DNA of 64,000 nucleotides from Eledone cirrhosa. Taxonomy: Eukaryota. The notes below the pieces were generated by a model, which had not been told where the DNA came from, did no database searches, and saw only the letters and a list, made by a program, of their open reading frames with translations. A program made the position numbers and the translations under genes. Location of the stretch: assembly GCA_964016885.1 (NCBI GenBank), contig OZ024744.1, positions 106,888,001 through 106,952,000 of the forward strand. Direction: 5' to 3'. Within the stretch, counting starts at the first letter, position 1. Every line of letters begins with the position of its first letter. Positions 14,401 through 27,344 of this stretch are shown piece by piece.

Positions 14401-17400
14401 ACAATGTCTCACTTCTAAAATTGTCTATAGTGTCTCACCTCTATAATTATTGTCTACAGTGTCTCACTTCTAATATTATAGTCTACAGTGTCTCACTTCT
14501 AAAATGATCTACAGTGTCTCACTTCTAAAATTATTGTCTACAGTGTCTCACCTCTAAAATTATTGTTTACAGTGTCTCACTTTTAAATTATCGTCTAAAA
14601 TGTCTCACTTCTAAGATTGTCTAGTGTCTTACCTCTAAAATTATTATCTACAGTGTCTCCCTTCTAAAATTATTGTCAACAGTGTCTCACCTCTAAAATT
14701 ATTGTCTACAGTGTCTCAATTCTAAAATTATAGTCTATAGTGTCTCACCTCTAAAATTATTGTCTACAGTGTCACAATTCTAAAATTATAGTCTATAGTG
14801 TTTCACCTCTAATATTATTGTCTACAGTGTCTCACTTCTAAAACTATTGTCTACAGTGTCTTACCTCTAAAATTATTGTCTACAGTGTCTCCCTTTTAAG
14901 ATTATTGTCTACAGTGTCTCACTTCTAAAATTATTGTCTAGTGTCTCAATTCTAAAATTATAGTCTATAGTGTCTCACCTCTAAATTTATTGGCTACAGT
15001 GTCTCACTTCTAAAATTATTGTCTACAGTGTCTCACCTCTAAAATTATAGTCTATAGTGTCTCACCTCTAAAATTATTGTCTACAGTCTCACTTCTAAAA
15101 TTATTGTCTACAGTGTCTCACCTCTAAATTTATTGTCTACAATGTCTCACCTCTAAAATTATTGTCTACAATGCCTCACCTCTAAAATTATTGTCTAGTG
15201 TCTCACCTGTAAAATTATTGTCTACAGTGTCTCACTTCTAAATTTCTCTACAATGTCTCCCTTCTAAAATTATTATCTACAGTGTCTCACTTCTAAAATT
15301 ATTGTCTACAGTGTCTCACTTCTAAAATTATTGTTTACAGTGTCTCAATTCTAAAATTATAGTCTATAATGTCTCACCTCTAAACTTATTGTCTACAGTG
15401 TCTCACTTCTAAAACTATTGTCTACAGTGTCTCACCTCTAAAATTATAGTCTACAGTGTCTCACCTCTAAAATTATTGTCTACAGTATCTCACCTCTAAA
15501 ATTATTGTCTACAGTGTCTCACCTCTAAAATTATAGTCTACAGTGTCTCACCTCTAAAATTATAGTCTACAGTGTCTCACCTCTAAAATTATAGTCTACA
15601 GTGTCTCACCTCTAAAATTATAGTCTACAGTGTCTCACCTCTAAAATTATTGTCTACAGTGTCTCACCTCTAAAATTATAGTCTACAGTGTCTCACCTCT
15701 AAAATTATAGTCTACAGTGTCTCACCTCTAAAATTATAGTCTACAGTGTCTCACCTCTAAAATTATAGTCTACAGTGTCTCACCTCTAAAATTATAGTCT
15801 ACAGTGTCTCACCTCTAAAATTATAGTCTACAGTGTGTCACCTCTAATATTATTGTCTACAGTGTCTCACCTCTAAAATTATTGTCTACAGTGTCTTACC
15901 TCTAAAATTATAGTCTACAGTGTCTCACTTCTAAAATTATTGTCTACAATGTCTCACCTCTAATATTATTGTATACAGTGTCTCACTTCTAAAATTATTG
16001 TCTACAGTGTCTTACCTCTAAAATTATTGTCTACAGTGTCTTACCTCTAAAATTATTGTCTACAGTGTCTTACCTCTAAAATTATAGTTTACAGTGTCTC
16101 ACTTCTAAAATTATTGTCTACAATGTCTCACCTCTAATATTATTGTCCACAATGTCTCACCTCTAATATTATTGTCTACAGTGTCTCACTTCTAAAATTG
16201 TCCACAATGTCTCACCTCTAATATTATTGTCTACAGTGTCTCACTTCTAAAATTATTGTCTACAATGTCTCACATCTAAAATTATTGTCTACAGTGTCTC
16301 ACCACTAAAATTATTGTCTACAGTGTCTCACCTCTAAAATTATTGTTTACAGTGTCTCACTTTTAAAATTATTGTCAACAGGGTCTCACTTTATAAATTA
16401 TTGTCAACAGGGTCTCACTTCTAAAATTATTGTCTACAGTGTCTCACTTCTAAAATTGTCCACAATGTCTCACTTCTAAAATTATTGTCTACAGTGTCTC
16501 ACTTCTAAAATTGTCCACAATGTCTCACCTCTAATATTATTGTCTACAGTGTCTCACTTCTGAAATTATTGTCAACAGGGTCTCACTTCTAAAATTATTG
16601 TCTACAGTGTCTCACTTCTAAAATTGTCTACAATGTCTCACTTCTAAAATTGTCTACAATGTCTCACTTCTAAAATTATTGTCTACAATGTCTCACTTCT
16701 AAAATTATTGTCTACAATGTCTCACTTCTAAAATTGTCTATAGTGTCTCACCTCTATAATTATTGTCTAGTGTCTCACTTTTAATATTATAGTCTACAGT
16801 GTCTCACTTCTAAAATGATCTAGAGTGTCTCACTTCTAAAATTATTGTCTACAGTGTCTCACTTCTAAGATTGTCTACAGTGTCTCACCTCTAAAATTAT
16901 TGTTTACAGTGTCTCACTTTTAAATTATCGTCTAAAATGTCTCACTTCTAAAATTGTCTAGTGTCTTACCTCTAAAATTATTGTCTACAGTGTCTCATCT
17001 CTAAAATTATTATCTACAGTGTCTCCCTTCTAAAATTATTGTCTACAGTGTCTCACTTCTAAAATTATTGTCTACAGTGTCTCAATTCTAAAATTATAGT
17101 CTATAGTGTCTCACCTCTAAAATTATTGTCTACAGTGTCTCAATTCTAAAATTATTGTCTATAGTGTCTCACCTCTAATATTGTCTACAGTGTCTCACGT
17201 CTAAAATTGTCTAGTGTCGTACCTCTAAAATTATTGTTTACAGTGTCTCACCTCTAAAATTATTATCTACAGTGTCTCATCTCTAAAATTATTGTCTACA
17301 GTGTCTCCCTTATAAAATTATTGTCTACAGTGTCTCACTTCTAAAATTATTGCCTAGTGCCTCAATTCTAAAATTATAGTCTATAGTGTCTCACCTCTAA

Positions 17401-20400
17401 ATTTATTGGCTACAGTGTCTCACTTCTAAAATTATTGTCTCCAGTGTCTCACCTCTAAAATTCTTGTCTACAGTGTCTCACCTCTAAAATTATTGTCTAC
17501 AGTGTCTCACCTCTAAAATTATTGTCTACAATGTCTCACCTCTAAAATTATTGTCTACAATGCCTCACCTCTAAAATTATTGTCTACAGTGTCTCACCTG
17601 TAAAATTATTGTGTAGTGTCTCACTTCTAAATTTGTCTACAATGTCTCACTTCTAAAATTATTGTCTACAGTGTCTCAATTCTAAAATTATAGTCTATAG
17701 TGTCTCACTTCTAAAATTATTGTCAACAGGGTCTCACTTCTAAAATTATTGTCTACAGTGTCTCACTTCTAAAATTGTCTACAATGTCTCACTTCTAAAA
17801 TTATAGTCTACAATGTCTCACTTCTAAAATTATTGTCTACAATGTCTCACTTCTAAAATTGTCTATAGTGTCTCACCTCTATAATTATTGTCTAGTGTCT
17901 CACTTCTAATATTATAGTCTACAGTGTCTCACTTCTAAAATGATCTACAGTGTCTCACTTCTAAAATGATCTACAGTGTCTCACTTCTAAAATTATTGTC
18001 TACAGTGTCTCACTTCTAAGATTGTCTACAGTGTCTCACCTCTAAAATTATTGTTTACAGTGTCTCACTTTTAAATTATCGTCTAAAATGTCTCACTTCT
18101 AAAATTGTCTAGTGTCTTACCTCTAAAATTATTGTCTACAGTGTCTCATCTCTAAAATTATTATCTACAGTGTCTCCCTTCTAAAATTATTGTCTACAGT
18201 GTCTCACTTCTAAAATTATTGTCTACAGTGTCTCAATTCTAAAATTATAGTCTATAGTGTCTCACCTCTAAAATTATTGTCTACAGTGTCTCAATTCTAA
18301 AATTATAGTCTATAGTGTCTCACCTCTAATATTATTGTCTACAGTGTCTCCTTCTAAAATTGTCTAGTGTCGTACCTCTAAAATTATTGTTTACAGTGTC
18401 TCACCTCTAAAATTATTATCTACAGTGTCTCATCTCTAAAATTATTGTCTACAGTGTCTCCCTTTTAAAATTATTGTCTACAGTGTCTCACTTCTAAAAT
18501 TATTGCCTAGTGCCTCAATTCTAAAATTATAGTCTATAGTGTCTCACCTCTCAATTTATTGGCTACAGTGTCTCACTTCTAAAATTATTGTCTCCAGTGT
18601 CTCACCTCTAAAATTATTGTCTACAGTGTCTCACCTCTAAAATTATTGTCTACAGTGTCTCACCTCTAAAATTATTGTCTACAATGTCTCACCTCTAAAA
18701 TTATTGTCTACAATGCCTCACCTCTAAAATTATTGTCTACAGTGTCTCACCTGTAAAATTATTGTCTAGTGTCTCACTTCTAAATTTGTCTACAATGTCT
18801 CCCTTCTAAAATTATTGTCTACAGTGTCTCACTTCTAAAATTATTGTCTACAGTGTCTCAATTCTAAAATTATAGTCTATACTGTCTCACCTCTAAAATT
18901 ATTGTCTACAGTGTCTCACTTCTAAAACTATTGTCTACAGTGTCTCACCTCTAAAATTATAGTCTATAGTGTCTCACCTCTAAAATTATTGTCTACAGTG
19001 TCTCACCTCTAAAATTAATGTCTACCGTGTCTCACATCTAAAATTATCGGCTACAGTGTCTCACCTCTAAAATTATTGTCTACAGTGTCTCACTTCTAAG
19101 ATTGTCTACAGTGTCTCACCTCTAAAATTACTGTCTACAGTGTCTCACTTCTAAAATTATTGTCTAGTGTCTCACTTCTAAAATTATTGTCTACAGTGTC
19201 TCACTTCTAAAATTATTGTCTACAGTGTCTCACTTCTAAAATTATTGTCTACAGTGTCTCACCTCGAAAATTATTGTCTTCAGTGTCTCACTTCTAAAAT
19301 TATTGTCTACAGTGTCTAACCTCGAAAATTATTGTCTTCAGTGTCTCACTTCTAAAATTATTGTCTACAGTGGCTCACCTCTAAAATTATTGTCTACAGT
19401 GGCTCACCTCTAAAATTATTGTCTACAGTGGCTCACCTCTAAATATTCTTGTCTACAGTGTCTCACCTCTAAAATTATTGTTTACAGTGTCTCTCTTTTA
19501 AATTATCGTCTAAAATGTCTCACTTCTAAAATTATTGTCAACAGTTTCTCACTTCTAATATTATTCTCTACAATGTCTCACCTCTAATATTATTGTCTAC
19601 AGTGTCTCACCTCTAATATTATTGTCTACAGTGTCTCACCTCTAAAATTATAGTCTAGTGTCTCATCTCTAAAATTATTGTCTACAGTGTCTCCCTTTTA
19701 AAATTATTGTCTACAGTGTCTCACTTCTAAAATTATCGTCTAGTGTCTCAATTCTAAAATTATAGTCTATAGTGTCTCACCTCTAAATTTATTGGCTACA
19801 ATGTCTCACTTCTAAAATTATTGTCTACAGTGTCTCACCTCTAAAATTATTGTCTACAATGTCTCACCTCTAAAATTATTGTCTACAATGTCTCACCTCT
19901 AAAATTATTGTCTACAATGCCTCACCTCTAAAATTATTGTCTACAGTGTCTCACTTCTAAAATTATTGTCTACAGTGTCTCACTTCTAAAATTGTCCACA
20001 ATGTCTCACTTCTAAAATTATTGTCTACAGTCTCACTTCTAAAATTATTGTCTACAGTGTCTCACCTCTAAATTTATTGTCTACAATGTCTCACCTCTAA
20101 AATTATTGTCTAGTGTCTCACCTGTAAAATTATTGTCTACAGTGTCTCACTTCTAAATTTGTCTACAATGTCTCCCTTCTAAAATTATTATCTACAGTGT
20201 CTCACTTCTAAAATTATTGTCTACAGTGTCTCACTTCTAAAATTATTGTTTACAGTGTCTCAATTCTAAAATTATAGTCTATAGTGTCTCACCTCTAAAC
20301 TTATTGTCTACAGTGTCTCACTTCTAAAACTATTGTCTACAGTGTCTCACCTCTAAAATTATAGTCTACAGTGTCTCACCTCTAAAATTATTGTCTACAG

Positions 20401-23400
20401 TGTCTCACCTCTAAAATTATTGTCTACAGTGTCTCACCTCTAAAATTATAGTCTACAGTGTCTCACCTCTAAAATTATAGTCTACAGTGTCTCACCTCTA
20501 AAATTATAGTCTACAGTGTCTCACCTCTAAAATTATAGTCTACAGTGTCTCACCTCTAAAATTATTGTCTACAGTGTCTCACCTCTAAAATTATAGTCTA
20601 CAGTGTCTCACCTCTAAAATTATAGTCTACAGTGTCTCACCTCTAAAATTATAGTCTACAGTGTCTCACCTCTAAAATTATAGTCTACAGTGTCTCACCT
20701 CTAAAATTATAGTCTACAGTGTCTCACCTCTAAAATTATAGTCTACAGTGTCTTACCTCTAAAATTATTGTCTACAGTGTCTTACCTCTAAAATTATAGT
20801 TTACAGTGTCTCACTTCTAAAATTATTGTCTACAATGTCTCACCTCTAATATTATTGTCCACAATGTCTCACCTCTAATATTATTGTCTACAGTGTCTCA
20901 CTTCTAAAATTATTGTCTACAATGTCTCACATCTAAAATTATTGTCTACAGTGTCTCACCTCTAAAATTATTGTCTACAGTGTCTCACTTCTAAAATTAT
21001 TGTCTACAGTGTCTTACCTCTAAAATTATTGTCTACAGTGTCTTACCTCTAAAATTATAGTTTACAGTGTCTCACTTCTAAAATTATTGTCTACAGTGTC
21101 TCACTTCTAAAATTGTCCACAATGTCTCACTTCTAAAATTGTCTACAGTGTCTCACTTCTAAAATTGTCCACAATGTCTCACCTCTAATATTATTGTCTA
21201 GTGTCTCACTTCTAAAATTATTGTCAACAGGGTCTCACTTCTAAAATTATTGTCTACAGTGTCTCACTTCTAAAATTGTCTATAGTGTCTCACCTCTATA
21301 ATTATTGTCTAGTGTCTCACTTCTAATATTATAGTCTACAGTGTCTCACTTCTAAAATGATCTAGTGTCTCACTTCTAAAATGATCTACAGTGTCTCACT
21401 TCTAAAATTATTGTCTACAGTGTCTCACTTCTAAGATTGTCTACAGTGTCTCACCTCTAAAATTATTGTTTACAGTGTCTCACTTTTAAATTATCGTCTA
21501 AAATGTCTCACTTCTAAAATTGTCTTGTGTCTTACCTCTAAAATTATTGTCTACAGTGTCTCATCTCTAAAATTATTATCTACAGTGTCTCCCTTCTAAA
21601 ATTATTGTCTACAGTGTCTCACTTCTAAAATTATTGTCTACAGTGTCTCACTTCTAAAATTATTGTCTACAGTGTCTCAATTCTAAAATTATAGTCTATA
21701 GTGTCTCACCTCTAAAATTATTGTCTACAGTGTCTCAATTCTAAAATTATAGTCTATAGTGTCTCACCTCTAATATTATTGTCTACAGTGTCTCCTTCTA
21801 AAATTGTCTAGTGTCGTACCTCTAAAATTATTGTTTACAGTGTCTCACCTCTAAAATTATTATCTACAGTGTCTCATCTCTAAAATTATTGTCTACAGTG
21901 TCTCCCTTTTAAAATTATTGTCTACAGTGTCTCACTTCTAAAATTATTGCCTAGTGCCTCAATTCTAAAATTATAGTCTATAGTGTCTCACCTCTAAATT
22001 TATTGGCTACAGTGTCTCACTTCTAAAATTATTGTCTCAAGTGTCTCACCTCTAAAATTATTGTCTACAGTGTCTCACCTCTAAAATTATTGTCTACAGT
22101 GTCTCACCTCTAAAATTATTGTCTACAATGTCTCACCTCTAAAATTATTGTCTACAATGCCTCACCTCTAAAATTATTGTCTACAGTGTCTCACCTGTAA
22201 AATTATTGTCTAGTGTCTCACTTCTAAATTTGTCTACAATGTCTCCCTTCTAAAATTATTGTCTACAGTGTCTCACTTCTAAAATTATTGTCTACAGTGT
22301 CTCAATTCTAAAATTATAGTCTATACTGTCTCACCTCTAAAATTATTGTCTACAGTGTCTCACTTCTAAAACTATTGTCTACAGTGTCTCACCTCTAAAA
22401 TTATAGTCTATAGTGTCTCACCTCTAAAATTATTGTCTACAGTGTCTCACCTCTAAAATTAATGTCTACCGTGTCTCACATCTAAAATTATCGGCTACAG
22501 TGTCTCACCTCTAAAATTATTGTCTACAGTGTCTCACTTCTAAGATTGTCTACAGTGTCTCACCTCTAAAATTACTGTCTACAGTGTCTCACTTCTAAAA
22601 TTATTGTCTAGTGTCTCACTTCTAAAATTATTGTCTACAGTGTCTCACTTCTAAAATTATTGTCTACAGTGTCTCACCTCGAAAATTATTGTCTTCAGTG
22701 TCTCACTTCTAAAATTATTGTCTACAGTGTCTAACCTCGAAAATTATTGTCTTCAGTGTCTCACTTCTAAAATTATTGTCTACAGTGGCTCACCTCTAAA
22801 ATTATTGTCTACAGTGGCTCACCTCTAAAATTATTGTCTACAGTGGCTCACCTCTAAATATTCTTGTCTACAGTGTCTCACCTCTAAAATTATTGTTTAC
22901 AGTGTCTCCCTTTTAAATTATCGTCTCAAATGTCTCACTTCTAAAATTATTGTCAACAGTTTCTCACTTCTAATATTATTCTCTACAATGTCTCACCTCT
23001 AATATTATTGTCTACAGTGTCTCACCTCTAATATTATTGTCTACAGTGTCTAACTTCTAAAATTGTCTAGTGTCTTACCTCTAAAATTATTGTTTAGTGT
23101 CTCACCTCTAAAATTATAGTCTACAGTGTCTCATCTCTAAAATTATTGTCTACAGTGTCTCCCTTTTAAAATTATTGTCTACAGTGTCTCACTTCTAAAA
23201 TTATTGTCTAGTGTCTCAATTCTAAGATTATAGTCTATAGTGTCTCACCTCTAAATTTATTGGCTACAATGTCTCACTTCTAAAATTATTGTCTACAGTG
23301 TCTCACCTCTAAAATTATTGTCTACAATGTCTCACCTCTAAAATTATTGTCTACAATGCCTCACCTCTAAAATTATTGTCTACAGTGTCTCACCTGTAAA

Positions 23401-24632
23401 ATTATTGTCTACAGTGTCTCACTTCTAAATTTGTCTACAATGTCTCCCTTCTAAAATTATTGTCTACAGTGTCTCACTTCTAAAATTATTGTCTACAGTG
23501 TCTCACTTCTAAAATTGTCCACAATGTCTCACTTCTAAAATTATTGTCTACAGTGTCTCAATTCTAAAATTATAGTCTACAGTGTCTCACCTCTAAATTT
23601 ATTGTCTACAATGTCTCACATCTAAAATTATCAACTACAGTGTCTCACATCTAAAATTATTGTCTACAGTGTCTCACTTCTAAAATTATTGTCTACAATG
23701 TCTCACATCTAAAATTATTGTCTACAGTGTCGCACTTCTAAAATTATAGTCTACAATGTCTCACCTCTAAAATTATAGTCTACAGTGTCTCACCTCTAAA
23801 ATTATTGTCTACAGTGTCTCACCTCTAAAATTCTTGTCTACAGTGTCTCACCTCTAAAATTATTGTCTACAGTGTCTCACCTCTAAAATTATTGTCTACA
23901 GTGTCTCACTCTAAAATTATTGTCTAGTGTCTCACTTCTAAAATTGTCTAGTGTCTCACTCCTAAAATCGTTTACAGTGTCTCACCTCTAAAATTATTGT
24001 CTACACTGTCTCACCTCTAAAATTATTGTCTACACTGTCTCACATCTAAAATTATTGGTTACAATGTCTCACTTCTAAAATTATTGTCTACACTGTCTCA
24101 CCTCTAAAATTATTGTCTACACTGTCTCACATCTAAAATTATTGGTTACAGTGTCTCACTTCTAAAATTATTGTCTACAATGTCTCACCTCTAAAATTAT
24201 TGTCTACACTGTCTCACATCTAAAATTATTGGTTACTGTGTCTCACTTCTAAAATTATTGTCTACAATGTCTCACATCTAAAATTATCGACTACAGTGTC
24301 TCACCTCTAAAATTATCAACTACAGTGTCTCACCTCTAAAATTATTGTCTACAGTGTCTCACCTCTAAAACTATTGTCTACAGTGTCTCACCTCTAAAAT
24401 TATTATCTACAGTGTCTCACCTCTAAAATTATTGTCTACAGTGTCTCACCTCTAAAACTATTGTCTACAGTGTCTCACCTCTAAAATTATTATCTACAGT
24501 GTCTCACCTCTAAAATTATTGTCTACAGTCTCTCACCTCTAAAACTATTGTCTACAGTGTCTCACCTCTAAAATTATTATCTACAGCGTCTCACTTTTAA
24601 AATTGTTTACAGTGTCTCACTTCTACAATTAT
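2453..24632. repeat. 29-bp satellite array, consensus GTCTACAGTGTCTCAC(T/C)TCTAAAATTATT, ~770 copies, with higher-order structure
   Basis: Period 29 is directly visible, with 26/27-bp deletion variants. One orphan monomer lies at ~1993-2035. Lines 6421-9180 recur almost verbatim at +2820. Confidence 0.98.
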
Positions 24633-24689
24633 TTTTTTGTGAACAATTCTATAAAATTTAGGAGCAAATGTGGGTAGTTGACCTAAATT

Positions 24690-24905
24690 ATGATATATTG
24701 TACTAATGTTTATAGTACCAAATATTACCTAAGATAATATTGTACTACTGTTTATGGTACTAAGTATTACCTAGATAATATTGTACTAATGTTTATAGTA
24801 CTAAGTACTACTTAAGTTAATATTGTACTAATGTTTATAGTACTAAGTATTACCTAAGATAATATTGAACTACTATTTAAAGTACTAAGTATTACCTAGA
24901 TAAAT
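24690..24905. repeat. ~42-bp AT-rich minisatellite, ~5 copies
   Basis: aatattgtactaatgtttatagtactaagtattacctaagat repeated at ~42-bp spacing. Confidence 0.9.
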
Positions 24906-25429
24906 TATTAATATTTTTACAGTTTTTAGTTATAAAAACATGCCTTTTCAAAATTATTATCTAAATTTCAATTCTAAATGTTGCTAAATATTTACAATTA
25001 AAGAAACTTGTGAGGACACATCCAACCTAATTGAATGCCCTAACAAGTTTAAGACCTATAGTGAAGAATTGGGATTTTCTACAATTTTTGTTTCTTCAGA
25101 AACTATCTACATCTTTCACAAGCCACAAAGATATACCGAACTATATAGAACTAGAATACTGGAACTACTAATGTACATAATTTAAGTGCTTAGCAGGAAA
25201 AATAGACATTAAACAATGATGATGATGATTGTATATAGGGTCCACAACAAAACCGCAGGACAGAACCCCCCCCACCAAATAATATCTTTACACAGTAAAA
25301 AATAAAACATGATTTGAAATGTTGATATTTACATATATTTAATTTATTCTCTACCAAACAAATTTTATTTCAAATTTTATGGGTATATTTTTTACTATGT
25401 AGGTTTTTTTCTTTCTCTCTACTCTCTAC

Positions 25430-26412
25430 TTCGCACACAGGCATCGTACAGCCAGCTTTTAGTTTGTACAGAGAAACCTTTTGTTGTCAATAGGAGTAGT
25501 AGCTCTCTAAACTTTTTCCATTCTGTCTTTATTCTAGCACCCTCCTCCACTGCTAATTATATCAGCTAGGTAAACAGAAGTTATGAACCTCTTCTATGGA
25601 TCCTTCCCAGGATTGGAAAAGGTTTATATTATTAGTGTTCTTACTATCAATTGACCCTGAACATCTACTACATACAAAGTTTTTCTTTCTTGTTAGTCGA
25701 CCTGCTATCCCACTACACCTCTTGTTGATCTAGCAGATTTTTCTGGAGACTGGTCTTCTGTCTTACTTCCGTTCTCTGGTCTAAGTAGTCCAGTTACTTG
25801 TATCGCTACACCGAAGGTTTTGATTGGCTCACACTTCAGCCAATTTACTTCCGTAACATTTTTCTTCCGCCGAAGGAAAATACATTTAATTACAAAGGAT
25901 ATATATTACTGCTACAGATCTGCATTGTGTACATTCTATAGAGTTTCTACTTATTCCTTTTCTACATATCAAGCAGGGCCACTTCTCTGGTGAGGTCAGG
26001 GTTCTGTCTTCTTTCCTACTTAGCACCAATTTGGTTTTTGCTAAGTTTACTCTCAAACCTTTTGATTCCAAGTTCTGTTCCCACAGCCAGAATTTATTTT
26101 CTAGTTCTTCAATAGTTTCAGCTATGAAGACCAGATCATCAGAGTTGAGACATTCCCATGGACAGCTAGTCTTAAACTCCTCTTTTACAGCCTGGAGAAC
26201 TATAATAAACAGCAGTGGGCTGAGGACTGAGCCTTGATGAACTCCTACCTCTACCTTGAATCCCTCACTAAACTCACTTCTTCTGTATGTAACTTGCATT
26301 GCTCTTACAAGCCATTCTTCTACACCTAATTTCCTTAAGGACCACCAGATGACTGATCAGGGTACACTGTCTAAGGCCTTTTCTAGATCAACAATAGCTA
26401 GATATAGTGGCC
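25430..26412 (-). mobile_element. Degenerate RTE LINE fragment (RT plus Cys/His finger), interrupted at 25731-25914
   Basis: ORF 25886..26299 has GVHQGSVLSPLLFIIVL and a decayed YADD (LNSDDL). Upstream is LYLAIVDLEKALDSVP. Collinear with 27780-28610. Confidence 0.9.
25731..25914. mobile_element. 184-bp unclassified insertion with TAGCAG...CTGCTA ends
   Basis: Interrupts otherwise collinear RTE sequence. Has 6-bp inverted ends and internal hairpins attggct-N8-agccaat and ttttcttc-cgcc-gaaggaaaa. Confidence 0.55.
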
Positions 26413-26661
26413 CATCAGAGAGGTCAGTAGCTCTGCCTGAGTACTGACTCAGCCTGTCATGAACCATCCTATTCTTGCTAGCAGGGAAAATGGACATTAA
26501 ATGATGGTAATGATGATGATGTGTGCGTGTATGCACACACAGAGAGAAAGAGTTAGAGAAAGAGACAGGGAGAAAAAGAGAGAAGGGAAACATCTTTACC
26601 TCAACTATTTCTGTTCCATGAATTGTAAAACATCCATATAGAAAATTTCTATGATTCTGTC

Positions 26662-27022
26662 ACAACATGTAAAGAGAGAGGAGTAGTTTCACTACCTCAT
26701 ACTACTCCTCTCTCTTTATATCTGCTGCCTGTGTACAACATGTAAAGAGAGAGGAGTAGTTTCACTACCTCATACTACTCCTCTCTCTTTACGTCTGCTG
26801 CCTGTGTACAACATGTAAAGAGGAGTAGTTTCACTACCTCATACTACTCCTCTCTCTTTACGTCTGCTGCCTGCGTACAACATGTAAAGAGAGAGGAGTA
26901 GTTTCACTACCTCATACTACTCCTCTCTCTTTATATCTGCTGCCTGTGTACAACATGTAAAGAGAGAGGAGTAGTTTCACTACCTCATACTACTCCTCTC
27001 TCTTTATATCTGCTGCCTGTGT
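26662..27022. repeat. Five tandem 73-bp units, each with an internal inverted repeat (perfect 18 bp in four units)
   Basis: Units start at 26662, 26735, 26808, 26877 and 26950. Core is TAAAGAGAGAGGAGTAGT-ttcactacctcat-ACTACTCCTCTCTCTTTA. Unit 3 has a 4-bp deletion in the left arm. Confidence 0.95.
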
Positions 27023-27344
27023 GAATGTATGTGTGTGTAAAAGGATGGAAGGGGACGGTGAAAAAACTATAACAAAATAGCGGCTGGCATTCCATTTGTT
27101 AGGCTGTACATGTGTGCGTGTGTGTTTGTGTGAATTTATGTCTGTGGGTGTGTATTTTTGTAAGTGTCTGTGTTTGGGTGTTTATACTTATATACTCATA
27201 CATATAACTATATGCATACACACACACACACACACATACATATCAGCATGTTGAAAAAGAAATCCTAGTTTTTGAAAGTTTATAACAGACATAGTGTTTG
27301 TGAGAGAAAGAACCAGAGAAAAGGAGCACATATATTAATATATA

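Noticed and set aside
2453-24632. CRISPR-like appearance of 29-bp repeats
   Set aside because: Head-to-tail monomers with no unique spacers, no cas genes, and a eukaryotic context.
25236-25410. Mutator-like MITE end (caacaaaaccgcaggacagaacccccc)
   Set aside because: No matching second TIR or TSD could be identified.
26600-26656. Possible 57-nt cassette exon (gacag|AATC...GAG|gtaaag) on the minus strand
   Set aside because: In the required phase it hits a stop (RIIEIFYMDVLQFMEQK*), has no NHR similarity and a poor pyrimidine tract. It cannot be supported without RNA data.
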